The position numbers and the translations under genes are program-made. The notes beneath the pieces were generated by a model, which saw nothing but the letters and a program-made list of their open reading frames with translations, did not search any database and was not told the origin of the DNA. This document shows, piece by piece, positions 1 to 7,986 of a stretch of DNA of 43,588 bases (positions are counted from its first letter, which is position 1; each line of letters opens with the position of its first letter). Source of the DNA: a virus (taxonomy: Duplodnaviria; Caudoviricetes); IMG/VR virus record IMGVR_UViG_3300042807_000312, positions 1-43,588 of that record. One strand, written 5' to 3'.

Positions 1-86
1 GGAGTAAGGCTGCAGGGCGGGGCATGACGGGATGGGTAGCGGTGGAGTGGTTGCCGGGGTGAGCCCCCGGCGGGCTGGGGGTGGGG

Positions 87-254
87 TCAGCGGATGTGGT
101 AGTTGCCGTTGGCCCAGCTGATCACCTCCTGCTCTGTCATGGCGCGCTGTGGTGCGCCGGTGCCGAAGGCGAAGAACTGACGGCCTTGGCTGTCGGCAGG
201 GACGGTGGCGATGTTCTTGCGGAGCTTGACTTGCTCAAGGGTCGTGAAGGTCAT
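87..254 (-). CDS. small hypothetical phage protein (MTFTTLEQVKLRK..., 55 aa)
   Basis: ORF 87..296 trimmed to internal ATG at 254; same strand as neighbours. Confidence 0.6.
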   Translation of the reverse strand: MTFTTLEQVKLRKNIATVPADSQGRQFFAFGTGAPQRAMTEQEVISWANGNYHIR

Positions 255-352
255 GGCTGGCAGTGAGTGGCGGAGCGCTTCGGCTCCTGTCCCCATACCT
301 TAGCGCGTCCCTTACGGTCTGGCGCGGTAGGTCGTGGCCGGTTAACCGATCG

Positions 353-676
353 TCACACTTCCGTCAGCAGCTCGCGGAACTGCTCCAGGGTCATCACCAC
401 GAACTGCTCAGCCGGGTCCGTCGTGCCCTTGCGCTTCACCACCAGGGCATGCAGGCGCTTGCCTGCGTTCTGCTGCTGCTCCATCGCATCGCGCAGCCAG
501 GCACCGAGACTCAGCGTGCGGCAGTTCTTGCACTGGATTGCCGCACGCTGAGTCCACAGGTCGCCGCGATCTAGGGTGGCGCCAGCGGGGATGCGCTCGC
601 AGGGCATGCGCTCTGCCAGGTAGTCAGCGATCAGTCGCTCGAAGGCGCCGCCCTTGCGCTTCTGGGGATTGGCCAT
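353..676 (-). CDS. Holliday junction resolvase-like PD-(D/E)xK nuclease
   Basis: MANPQKRKGGAFERLIADYL...DRGDL...IQCKN motif set of Hjc-like phage resolvases; start trimmed to ATG 676. Confidence 0.8.
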   Translation of the reverse strand: MANPQKRKGGAFERLIADYLAERMPCERIPAGATLDRGDLWTQRAAIQCKNCRTLSLGAWLRDAMEQQQNAGKRLHALVVKRKGTTDPAEQFVVMTLEQFRELLTEV

Positions 677-680
677 CAGA

Positions 681-1067
681 TCAGACGCCGAGCCGTGCGG
701 CGAGTCGCTGCAGTGCAGTCTGAGGGCAGCAGCTACTCTCCAGCTCGCTGCCATCGGGCGCATAGATCGCGTTGCGCTGATATGGCTCCAGCGTGATCGG
801 CGGGTCGTAGGTGGGCATGGGCAGAGGCGGCACCCACTCGCGGCGCCACCAGGCCACCACGGCGCCATGGAGCAGCACGGCACGTTGAGCCTCACCCGGC
901 TGCGCCTGAGCGTCAGTGCGGGGCAGCCAGTCGCCGAACGTGAACGGACAGGGCGGCAGGGGCGCCGCTGCGGGCGCTGCAGGTTGCGGGGCGGGTGTGG
1001 GCACCGGCGAGGAGGTTGAGGCGCCTTCCTGGGCCACAGCGGCGCGTAGCTGCTGAAGGACGTTCAC
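681..1067 (-). CDS. hypothetical phage protein (128 aa, Pro-rich N-terminal linker)
   Basis: Fills gap between origin and resolvase; GGTAGGAT -10-like box upstream on the minus strand. Confidence 0.65.
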   Translation of the reverse strand: MNVLQQLRAAVAQEGASTSSPVPTPAPQPAAPAAAPLPPCPFTFGDWLPRTDAQAQPGEAQRAVLLHGAVVAWWRREWVPPLPMPTYDPPITLEPYQRNAIYAPDGSELESSCCPQTALQRLAARLGV

Positions 1068-1147
1068 GACATAGCAGCGGGTAGGGGCATCCTACCGGCA
1101 GATGCACCCATCAGCACGAAACCACCGGATTTCGGGGGGTTGGGGCT

Positions 1148-1529
1148 GTTTTGGGACTTTGGGACACCTTGGGACAGCCCTGTCCCAAAGCAGAAGCCGC
1201 ATCAGCACTGGCAGGTTGGTCGTGTTTTGGGACTTTGGGACACCTCTAGGGGCACTTCCATCCATACCCATGGGACTAGGTACTAATACTTAAATAAATA
1301 ATAGAAAAGGTATTTTCTTAGGGGCTGTCCCAAAGTCCCAAAACCTGCCCAGATCCGTTGTGCTGCAGTCGATCTGCTCTGGGACACTTCTGTCCCAAAC
1401 TGTCCCAAATGTCCCAAAACGCTGCAGGGGCGCCCACGCCAGCACCCTCCCCAGCGCCTGAAACTGCAGGCAGGGACAGGACTGCCGCTGCATGGGCAGC
1501 CGCTCAGCAGCTTTGGGACACGTCCCAAA
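1148..1529. repeat. putative phage replication origin: TTGGGAC/GTCCCAA iterons in nested inverted repeats around an AT-rich core
   Basis: 12 exact heptamers (1151,1159,1169,1182,1227,1235,1327,1335,1392,1402,1411,1513) plus one at 1522 and near matches at 1270 and 1379; perfect 19-bp IR 1224-1242/1326-1344; AT-rich 1281-1320; directly downstream of the primase gene. Confidence 0.85.
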
Positions 1530-1605
1530 AGGGCGTCAGCCCAACTGACACCCTCAGTTGAAATGAGGGTTGCCGGGATTTCCGGCCACGGTGGAGTGAC
1601 GCGGC

Positions 1606-4143
1606 TCAGTCGCCAGGTGGCACCCACTCCACGGTCTTGCCTTTGCGGATTACCTGCCCGCAGTCGGGCGTTTCGGCCACGACGGACAGCAGCCAGGTGC
1701 GCACCTCAGCGGCAGGTGTGCGGCGAGCCGGCAGGCACCATGCCCTGATTTGGGACTGGGGCACGGGACGGCTGCCATGGCTGCGGCGCCACTCTCGGCC
1801 CTTGTCGAGCAGCCGCTTGATTGCCCCACCGGCACCTGTCCGCACCGGGCCCAGCACCTTGTCACGCTCACGGGCGAAGAGGGCCGTGAAGATGATCGCG
1901 GCGCGGATCACGTCTTCAGGTATGGGGGTGTTGATGCTGAGCCCTGCAGATGCCTGCCTGATTGCGTGAATGGCTAGAGCGATGCGGAGGGTGGCGCCGC
2001 GCTGCTTGCCCCAATACTGCCGGTCGGATGGGTCGCTGGCGGCGAACTTGAACGACTCCGTTTGTCTGACCCACTGCACCATCGTGGCCTTGGCGTCCTC
2101 GGCCACGGTGATGATGATCGGCTCGCCGTCTTCGCCGATCGGCAGCTTTGACGCGGCGGCGTCCAGCTGCTTGTAGAGGTTGGTGATCGCAGGGGCGATC
2201 AGCACGGTTGAATCCTGATAGTCGTAGGCCCACTCGCCCAGGTCAAACATCAGAAAGCGGCTCCACAGGCCGTCGGCGTCCGCCATGCCCTCGTTTGCCT
2301 CAGCGTCCGCTTTCCACAGGCCTTCCAGCCGCGCTGGCTGCAAGCTGCCGAACAGGGATACGGCAGGGTTGGGCACGAAGATGGAATCGCGCCCAACCCG
2401 GTCGGTGATGATCTGCTCCCCGGGGTAAAGGCTGAGCCACTTCGCCCGATCGCTGCGGTTTGGTGCGCGGCATAGCTGGCTGAACCACCCGGCGAGCTCA
2501 TCGTGCACGGCCAACAGTCCTGGATTGGATCCGTTATTGAGGATCATCTCGATCCGCTCAAAGGTGGCGTCGCTCACCAGTAGGTGCCGCAGCTCGGGCT
2601 GAGGATTCTCCGCCAGGAACTGGGCCATAGGGTCGCCGCCTGCGCCGCCCGATTCAGATGCCGCGGCCTTCGCCTCGCGCTCGGCTTGGGCCCGGCGATG
2701 CTTCCAGTCCGCGAGGGCATCAGCGTGCCGCCTGCGCTCCTGAGCCTGCCACGGCTTGAACGCCTGCATGGTGGTCGGGCCGGATGTTGGCGACTTGCCC
2801 GAGCTGGCGGTGGCAATGTTGGCGCCCCACAGCACACATGCCTCCTTCCATGCGTGTGTGGGCGTCATGGCCACCTTGGCGCGGTTGCCGATGACAGAGC
2901 AGACGCTGCAGAGGATCGGCAGCAGAAAACCGCAGGGCTTCAGGGTCTGCTCGCTGGCGTAGGTGTTGATCAGGCTGGCCAGCCCTGGGGGGAACGCCAG
3001 ATCGATCGATGCCAACTCAGCAGCCGCGGCCACATCGCGATAGTTGCGGATCTCGACCGCCAACTCCTGGCGTTCGATGTCGTCGCCCTCGTCGTCAGGC
3101 TCCAGCTGCCACGGCGGCAGCTCCACCGGCGCATCAGGCGGAATGAACTGCTCGCCATTAAGGGGTGGGGTTGGTGGATCAGGCTTGGGCTTGGGCTTGT
3201 CGATCACGAACAGCGACCGCTCGCCGAAGCTGTCGTGATCTTCAGTGCGGACGTAGCCCCAGGTGCGCCCATCGTGGCCGGTGACGGTTTCGCCCTTCTT
3301 GCTGCAGTCGGGGGCTGATTTGGTTTCGCCATGGCAGCACCAGACCGAATTGCCGTCTTGGTGGATGCTGCAGGCACCGGAGTGGTCGCGGCCGCACATG
3401 GGACACGGCTGCCGCTGGCTGCTGTTGCGCCAGGTGCCGGATGCGCTGCTGTAGCTGCGCGGGCCGCGAGTGGCCTGAGGGGAGATGGAGCGGCGCGTCG
3501 GTGGCCGCAGGGGGCGATCACCGCAGAAGACGCCCTGCAGCAGCGCGAACCACTCAGGCGGCAGCGGCTGCGCATCAGCAGGTGGCTGCCCCGCCCAGGC
3601 GTATTGGTCGTCGTTGTCGGTGAAGTGGGATTCTTTGGTGTAGTGCTGGCCTAGCACGACGATCTGAGTGCCGTGCTTTGCGAAGACGGCGAACTCCTCG
3701 CCCTTGTCATCCGGCCCACCCTCGCCGATGCCGACTTTTACGGTCTTGCCGCCAGCCGCGAGGATCGCCTTCTGCTCGGCGGTGACGGTGTAGACCAGCT
3801 TTAGCCGGTCGCTGTTGCCGGTGCGTACGATGCGCCACGTGTCGGCGGTGTACGGCTCGCAGCCATGCTTCTGGCAAAACGCTGCGGCCCTGGGGCCGTC
3901 AATGTCGATGGCGATGTGGCCAGCGGCTGCGCCGATGTGCCAGCAGACGCATTCAGGCGCGAGCGTCTGCAGCTCGGCGACGGAAATGCCGGCGTGGGCC
4001 TCCCAGTTATCACCAACGAGTGGCCGTTTGTCAGATGCACCAGGGAGCAGCGGCCGAAAGCCGGCGAGCATTGGCAAGCGCTCTAAGCGCCAGCGATCGG
4101 GCCCATAGGGGCCTGCCGCAGCGTCGGCTTGAGGTGTCTGCAC
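1606..4143 (-). CDS. primase-polymerase / Zn-finger / DUF3987 (AAA-like) replication protein
   Basis: N-terminal Prim-Pol-like IAIDIDG, CPMCGRDHSGAC Zn finger, C-terminal SSGKSP, SDATFE, HDELAGW, DGLWSRFL motifs typical of DUF3987. Confidence 0.85.
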   Translation of the reverse strand: MQTPQADAAAGPYGPDRWRLERLPMLAGFRPLLPGASDKRPLVGDNWEAHAGISVAELQTLAPECVCWHIGAAAGHIAIDIDGPRAAAFCQKHGCEPYTADTWRIVRTGNSDRLKLVYTVTAEQKAILAAGGKTVKVGIGEGGPDDKGEEFAVFAKHGTQIVVLGQHYTKESHFTDNDDQYAWAGQPPADAQPLPPEWFALLQGVFCGDRPLRPPTRRSISPQATRGPRSYSSASGTWRNSSQRQPCPMCGRDHSGACSIHQDGNSVWCCHGETKSAPDCSKKGETVTGHDGRTWGYVRTEDHDSFGERSLFVIDKPKPKPDPPTPPLNGEQFIPPDAPVELPPWQLEPDDEGDDIERQELAVEIRNYRDVAAAAELASIDLAFPPGLASLINTYASEQTLKPCGFLLPILCSVCSVIGNRAKVAMTPTHAWKEACVLWGANIATASSGKSPTSGPTTMQAFKPWQAQERRRHADALADWKHRRAQAEREAKAAASESGGAGGDPMAQFLAENPQPELRHLLVSDATFERIEMILNNGSNPGLLAVHDELAGWFSQLCRAPNRSDRAKWLSLYPGEQIITDRVGRDSIFVPNPAVSLFGSLQPARLEGLWKADAEANEGMADADGLWSRFLMFDLGEWAYDYQDSTVLIAPAITNLYKQLDAAASKLPIGEDGEPIIITVAEDAKATMVQWVRQTESFKFAASDPSDRQYWGKQRGATLRIALAIHAIRQASAGLSINTPIPEDVIRAAIIFTALFARERDKVLGPVRTGAGGAIKRLLDKGREWRRSHGSRPVPQSQIRAWCLPARRTPAAEVRTWLLSVVAETPDCGQVIRKGKTVEWVPPGD

Positions 4144-4147
4144 GGTT

Positions 4148-4315
4148 TCACGCCTTGGCAGCGAGGGCCTTGTCTGCCTGCTCGATCAGCATGCGGACGG
4201 CCTGGGAGCGGTTGCCCACGCCTGGGGTGCCGGCTACCACCCTGTCCAGGGCTTGGATGTGGGAGGGCCGCACCATGACATTCAGTGGGACGCTCAGCGC
4301 AAGGGGTTGAGGCAT
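4148..4315 (-). CDS. ribbon-helix-helix (CopG-like) DNA-binding protein, 55 aa
   Basis: Read manually: MPQPLALSVPLNVMVRPSHIQALDRVVAGTPGVGNRSQAVRMLIEQADKALAAKA; beta strand + helix + NRSQAVRMLI helix; first gene of the primase operon. Confidence 0.75.
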   Translation of the reverse strand: MPQPLALSVPLNVMVRPSHIQALDRVVAGTPGVGNRSQAVRMLIEQADKALAAKA

Positions 4316-4352
4316 GTAGTAGGTTGGGGAGGTCTCTACAAGATACTACATG
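4313..4352. promoter_or_regulatory. divergent control region with 9-bp inverted repeat CATGTAGTA/TACTACATG
   Basis: IR arms 4313-4321 and 4344-4352 each contain the start codon of one divergent gene. Confidence 0.55.
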
Positions 4353-5180
4353 GCAGCCAGCGCAGCAACCAAGCCCGCCAACCGCTTCTACGTGTACCTG
4401 TTCCTGCGCCACGATGGCACCCCGTACTACGTGGGCAAGGGGACCGGGCGCAGGCAGTGGCATCCCCTGCGTTGCGCCCCACTGCCGCCGGATCCCGCGC
4501 GGAACGTCCGAGTTTTGGACGGAATGAGCGAAGAAGATGCCCTCGCCTGGGAACGACTGTTGATTGCCCACTATGGGCGAAAAGATACGGGCACCGGGAT
4601 TCTGCGCAACCTTACAGATGGAGGCGATGGGCTCGCAGGATACGTTTTCAGCCAGGAGCAGCGAAACAGAAGAACAGAGATCAACAATCGACGGTGGAGT
4701 GATCCTGCCGCTAGGCGAGCGCTTTCGGAAAAAAACAAGCAGCGATTTACGGATCTTGACGCCGTTGAAAAGGTCAGGCAATCAAATCGTGCGGCGTGGT
4801 CTGATCCCGCAAGGATCGCAGAGCACAGTGCCCGCATGGCTGCGATTGCGGCCGACCCAGAGCATCGAGCCAGAAGATCAGCTGCGCAAGTCACTCGATG
4901 GGCTGACCCGGAAAAGAGAAGGCGACACAGTGAGCGGTTTAAGAATCGAATCTTTAGCGAAGATCACAAGGAAAAGATCCGACAAAGCATTCGCGCGTTA
5001 TCGCCTCGCCACACATGGGCGGCGCCCGACGGCCAGCAGTTCACTGGATCTGCTTACGAGGTTTCGCAAATACCTGGAGCACCAAGCCGAAGTTCGCTAA
5101 CAGGTCTCGCCACTGGAAAAAGGCTTAAATCACAAAAGGGATGGGTCTATGTCTGCTCAGCCGATAAGGGAGCCGCTTGA
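4350..5180 (+). CDS. GIY-YIG family endonuclease with repeated C-terminal DNA-binding modules (homing-endonuclease-like)
   Basis: FYVY...PYYVGKGTGRR, E.DALAWE..LI..YG...G.L.NLT.GGDG; repeated W-x-D-P units; NUMOD3-like FSEDHKEKIRQS. Confidence 0.85.
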   Translation: MAASAATKPANRFYVYLFLRHDGTPYYVGKGTGRRQWHPLRCAPLPPDPARNVRVLDGMSEEDALAWERLLIAHYGRKDTGTGILRNLTDGGDGLAGYVFSQEQRNRRTEINNRRWSDPAARRALSEKNKQRFTDLDAVEKVRQSNRAAWSDPARIAEHSARMAAIAADPEHRARRSAAQVTRWADPEKRRRHSERFKNRIFSEDHKEKIRQSIRALSPRHTWAAPDGQQFTGSAYEVSQIPGAPSRSSLTGLATGKRLKSQKGWVYVCSADKGAA

Positions 5181-6673
5181 TGTTCACCCTCCGCGATTAT
5201 CAGATCAAACTGGCCAACGAAGGCGAAGCTGCCATGATGGACGGCGAGGTGCCATGTCTGGTCAGTAGCACCGGGTCAGGCAAGACTGTCATCCTGGCCG
5301 AGCTTGCCCGTAGAGCGCTTGCGCGTGGTGAGCAGGTGGTAGTGATCTGCCATCGAATTGAGATCCTCAGTCAGATCGTTGCCAGTCTGCACAAGCACCT
5401 CGGGCAGCAGGTTGTCATCTCTCGGATCACTGCCGGCAGCCGCCCCAGACTCGACCGGAAGGTGATCGTTGGGATGGTGCCGACGATGTGCCGCAGGCTG
5501 AAGATGCTGGAGCAGCTGAAGGGCTGCACGCTGCTGGCCGACGAAGCGCATCACGCCCCGTCGGCCACGTGGGCCAAGACAATTCAGGCGATCAGCCCAC
5601 GGCGGATGCTGGGGCTAACAGCCACGCCCGTGCGGCCCGACGGGAAGGGGCTGGGCGATTCGGGTCTGTTTCACCGGCTGATCCTGGGCCCTGAGCCAGC
5701 GGAGCTGATGGAGGCCGGTGCCTTGGCGCGCTACCGGATGTTTGCCGCGCCTCATGCTGTCAGCGTCGATGGCCTGAAGAAGCGCTGCGGCGATTATGCG
5801 GTCAGCGACCTTGAGAAGCGGGTGGTGGCCATCAACGGCAGCATCGTTTCCGACTGGCGCCGCTTCAACCCGAAGGAACTGTCAACGATCAGCGTCGGCG
5901 TTTCGGTGGATCACTGCCACGAAGTCGCGGCAATGTATCGCAGTGAAGGTGTCACGGCTGCAGCCGTAGACGGCACCACGCCGACGGCGGAGCGGGCCAG
6001 GATCTTCAGCGACTTTAAGGCGGGTCGCATCACGGTGCTGTGCGCCTGCCAAGTCGTGGACGAAGGCCTTGACACCCCGTCCGCAACATGCCTGCAGCTG
6101 CTGCGGCCCACGGCCTCGTTGCGGCTCTACAGGCAGCTGATCGGCCGCGTGCTCCGGCCAAAGCCTGATGGGTCTGAGGCGCTGATCATCGACCACACGC
6201 CCACGTGGAAGATGCTCCCCCCACCTGACGCCGAGATCGCGTGGACACTTAAATCTGAGCCACAAGAACCCCGCGAGAAGCGCCAGGCCGTGATCGACCC
6301 CGACACCGGCGAGGTGACTGAAGGCGAACCGATCGAGACGGAGGTGCAGGAGACCGGCGCCAAGTTGGTTGAGATCACCCCCGACCTGCTGGCCCAGGCG
6401 CATCCGGTGGTGGCGCGGCGGCTGCTGAATGAACGCTGCCGGGCTGAGGTGGAGCAGCACGCCCCGGACCTGCGCCGCTGGCTCAACTACCTCGACGTGT
6501 TGGAGGACGAAACGCTGAAGGTGCTGGAGCCGGCGCTGGGGCTGCAGCCAGGCTGGGCACAGGGGCAGATGATGCTCCGCATGCTGCTGAGCCCTGCGCA
6601 GCGGCTGGCGGCGACCAAGCGGCTGCAGCGCTCGTGGGGTGGTGTACAATGCCCCCAACTGCGCCCGCGATGA
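5177..6673 (+). CDS. SF2 DEAD/DEAH-box helicase
   Basis: LRDYQ Q-motif, TGSGKT, DEAHH, LTATP, EGLD.P, QLIGRVLR. Confidence 0.93.
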   Translation: MMFTLRDYQIKLANEGEAAMMDGEVPCLVSSTGSGKTVILAELARRALARGEQVVVICHRIEILSQIVASLHKHLGQQVVISRITAGSRPRLDRKVIVGMVPTMCRRLKMLEQLKGCTLLADEAHHAPSATWAKTIQAISPRRMLGLTATPVRPDGKGLGDSGLFHRLILGPEPAELMEAGALARYRMFAAPHAVSVDGLKKRCGDYAVSDLEKRVVAINGSIVSDWRRFNPKELSTISVGVSVDHCHEVAAMYRSEGVTAAAVDGTTPTAERARIFSDFKAGRITVLCACQVVDEGLDTPSATCLQLLRPTASLRLYRQLIGRVLRPKPDGSEALIIDHTPTWKMLPPPDAEIAWTLKSEPQEPREKRQAVIDPDTGEVTEGEPIETEVQETGAKLVEITPDLLAQAHPVVARRLLNERCRAEVEQHAPDLRRWLNYLDVLEDETLKVLEPALGLQPGWAQGQMMLRMLLSPAQRLAATKRLQRSWGGVQCPQLRPR

Positions 6674-6825
6674 TGACAGCAGCAACCACTGAGGCCCGCA
6701 GTATCACGCTGCGGCTGCCTGCTCCACTGTTCGACCGTCTCAAGACGGCAGCAGCAGCAGACCGGCGATCAATGAACAGCATGGCGGCGCTGCTGCTTGA
6801 GGCTGAGCTTGATCGCCGCAGCTGA
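6670..6825 (+). CDS. Arc/ribbon-helix-helix DNA-binding protein
   Basis: SITLRLPAPLFDRLKTAAAADRRSMNS matches the Arc-like pattern; ATGA overlap with helicase stop. Confidence 0.85.
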   Translation: MMTAATTEARSITLRLPAPLFDRLKTAAAADRRSMNSMAALLLEAELDRRS

Positions 6826-6870
6826 CCCGGCCCACCAGAGCCGTTCCCAATCTGGCTGCCCACTCGCACA

Positions 6871-7470
6871 GTGACTATGCCTACAGCACGCGGGGCTGAT
6901 GCCGCCCCGATTGATGAATTGCTGCCGCCCAACTGCGGCCCCACGTCGCAGCAGCTCGCTGCTCTTGATGCAGCGGTGGCTGCGGCCTTCCCGGCCTTCG
7001 GCAGCCTGGCCCCCAACGACAGCGCCGACATCAAAGGCCGACGCCACGCCTACCTGAATCTACCTGGCCTGCTTGAGGCCGTCCGCCCGGCGCTGATGGC
7101 GCAGCAGGTGATCATCGCCAACACCATCGGCATCGTGCCGGGTGGTTTTGTGGTGTCTACCATGCTGCGCCACAGCGGCGGCGGCTGGCGGCTGTCCCAG
7201 TTCCCGGTGCTCAGCTTGACCAGCTCCAGCGCGATCTCTGCAGCGGCCACCAGCGGCTTCAGGGTGAACCTGCAGCTGCTGCTGGGCATCTGCGCCAGCG
7301 ATGAGGACGCCGCGCACGACGCTGCACCTGCTGCAGCGCCGCAGCCATGGGATCAGCCTGCCGCGCCCGCGCCCGCCTACGCCGCCGCGCCGCAGCAGCC
7401 AGCGCCCCAGCAGCAGCCATGGGCTGCCCCTGCTCCACAGCCTCAACCCGATTCCTCCGCCTACGTCTGA
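6871..7470 (+). CDS. ERF-family single-strand annealing protein
   Basis: YLNLPGLLEAVRPAL...STMLRHSGGGW...LLGI.ASDEDA resembles ERF; precedes SSB-like and exonuclease genes. Confidence 0.75.
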   Translation: MTMPTARGADAAPIDELLPPNCGPTSQQLAALDAAVAAAFPAFGSLAPNDSADIKGRRHAYLNLPGLLEAVRPALMAQQVIIANTIGIVPGGFVVSTMLRHSGGGWRLSQFPVLSLTSSSAISAAATSGFRVNLQLLLGICASDEDAAHDAAPAAAPQPWDQPAAPAPAYAAAPQQPAPQQQPWAAPAPQPQPDSSAYV

Positions 7471-7473
7471 TCC

Positions 7474-7986
7474 ATGAAGTCCGCACGTGTCAACCTCTGG
7501 AACGCCCAGCCGTCCCAGAACTTCAAGGCCCCGATCCTTATCGGCAGCGTCGAGCTGCCTGCCCAGCTGATCTGGGAGCTGTCCCAGCAGATGCAGCAGG
7601 GGCAGGGCCTCGAAGTGAATCAGCAGACCGGCGAGCAGTTCTTCAAGCTGCGCCTTAGCTGCTGGCGCGGCACCGGCGAGAACAACGGCCCGGTGCTCAA
7701 TGGCCAGATCGAATCCCCATCTGAGCGTGCCGCCTACCTGGCGCAGAAGGCGCAGCAGCAGGGCGGTCAGCAGTGGGGTGCCACCCCGGCTGCGCCACCC
7801 CAGCAGCCCGCCTACGGGCAGCCTGCCCCACAGCCTGCGCCCGCTGGGTATCCGCCGCAAGCGGCGCCGCAGCAGCCGCCTGCCGGGCCGCCAGCGGGCT
7901 ACCCTGCCGCGCCTCCGGCGGCTGCTCCACCTGCAGCAGCACCGCCCGCCTGGGGGCAACCCGCCGCCGGCGGATGGGGCGGTTGA
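7474..7986 (+). CDS. putative ssDNA-binding protein (small beta domain + Pro/Gln/Ala tail)
   Basis: AP.LIGSVE...LSCWRG...PVLNGQIE core and disordered tail ending GGWGG; position in recombination module. Confidence 0.55.
   Translation: MKSARVNLWNAQPSQNFKAPILIGSVELPAQLIWELSQQMQQGQGLEVNQQTGEQFFKLRLSCWRGTGENNGPVLNGQIESPSERAAYLAQKAQQQGGQQWGATPAAPPQQPAYGQPAPQPAPAGYPPQAAPQQPPAGPPAGYPAAPPAAAPPAAAPPAWGQPAAGGWGG

Noticed and set aside
55-90. GC-rich hairpin after the 87..254 gene as a terminator
   Set aside because: No U-tract follows and another minus-strand ORF appears to start at 25
1148-1529. Possible CRISPR array or MITE
   Set aside because: Repeats are 7-22 bp, irregularly spaced and in both orientations, with no unique spacers or target duplication; an origin fits better
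1102-1627. ORFs 1102..1293, 1283..1627, 1290..1493 and 1358..1561
   Set aside because: Translations (FGTLG, WDFGT) just mirror the iteron repeats
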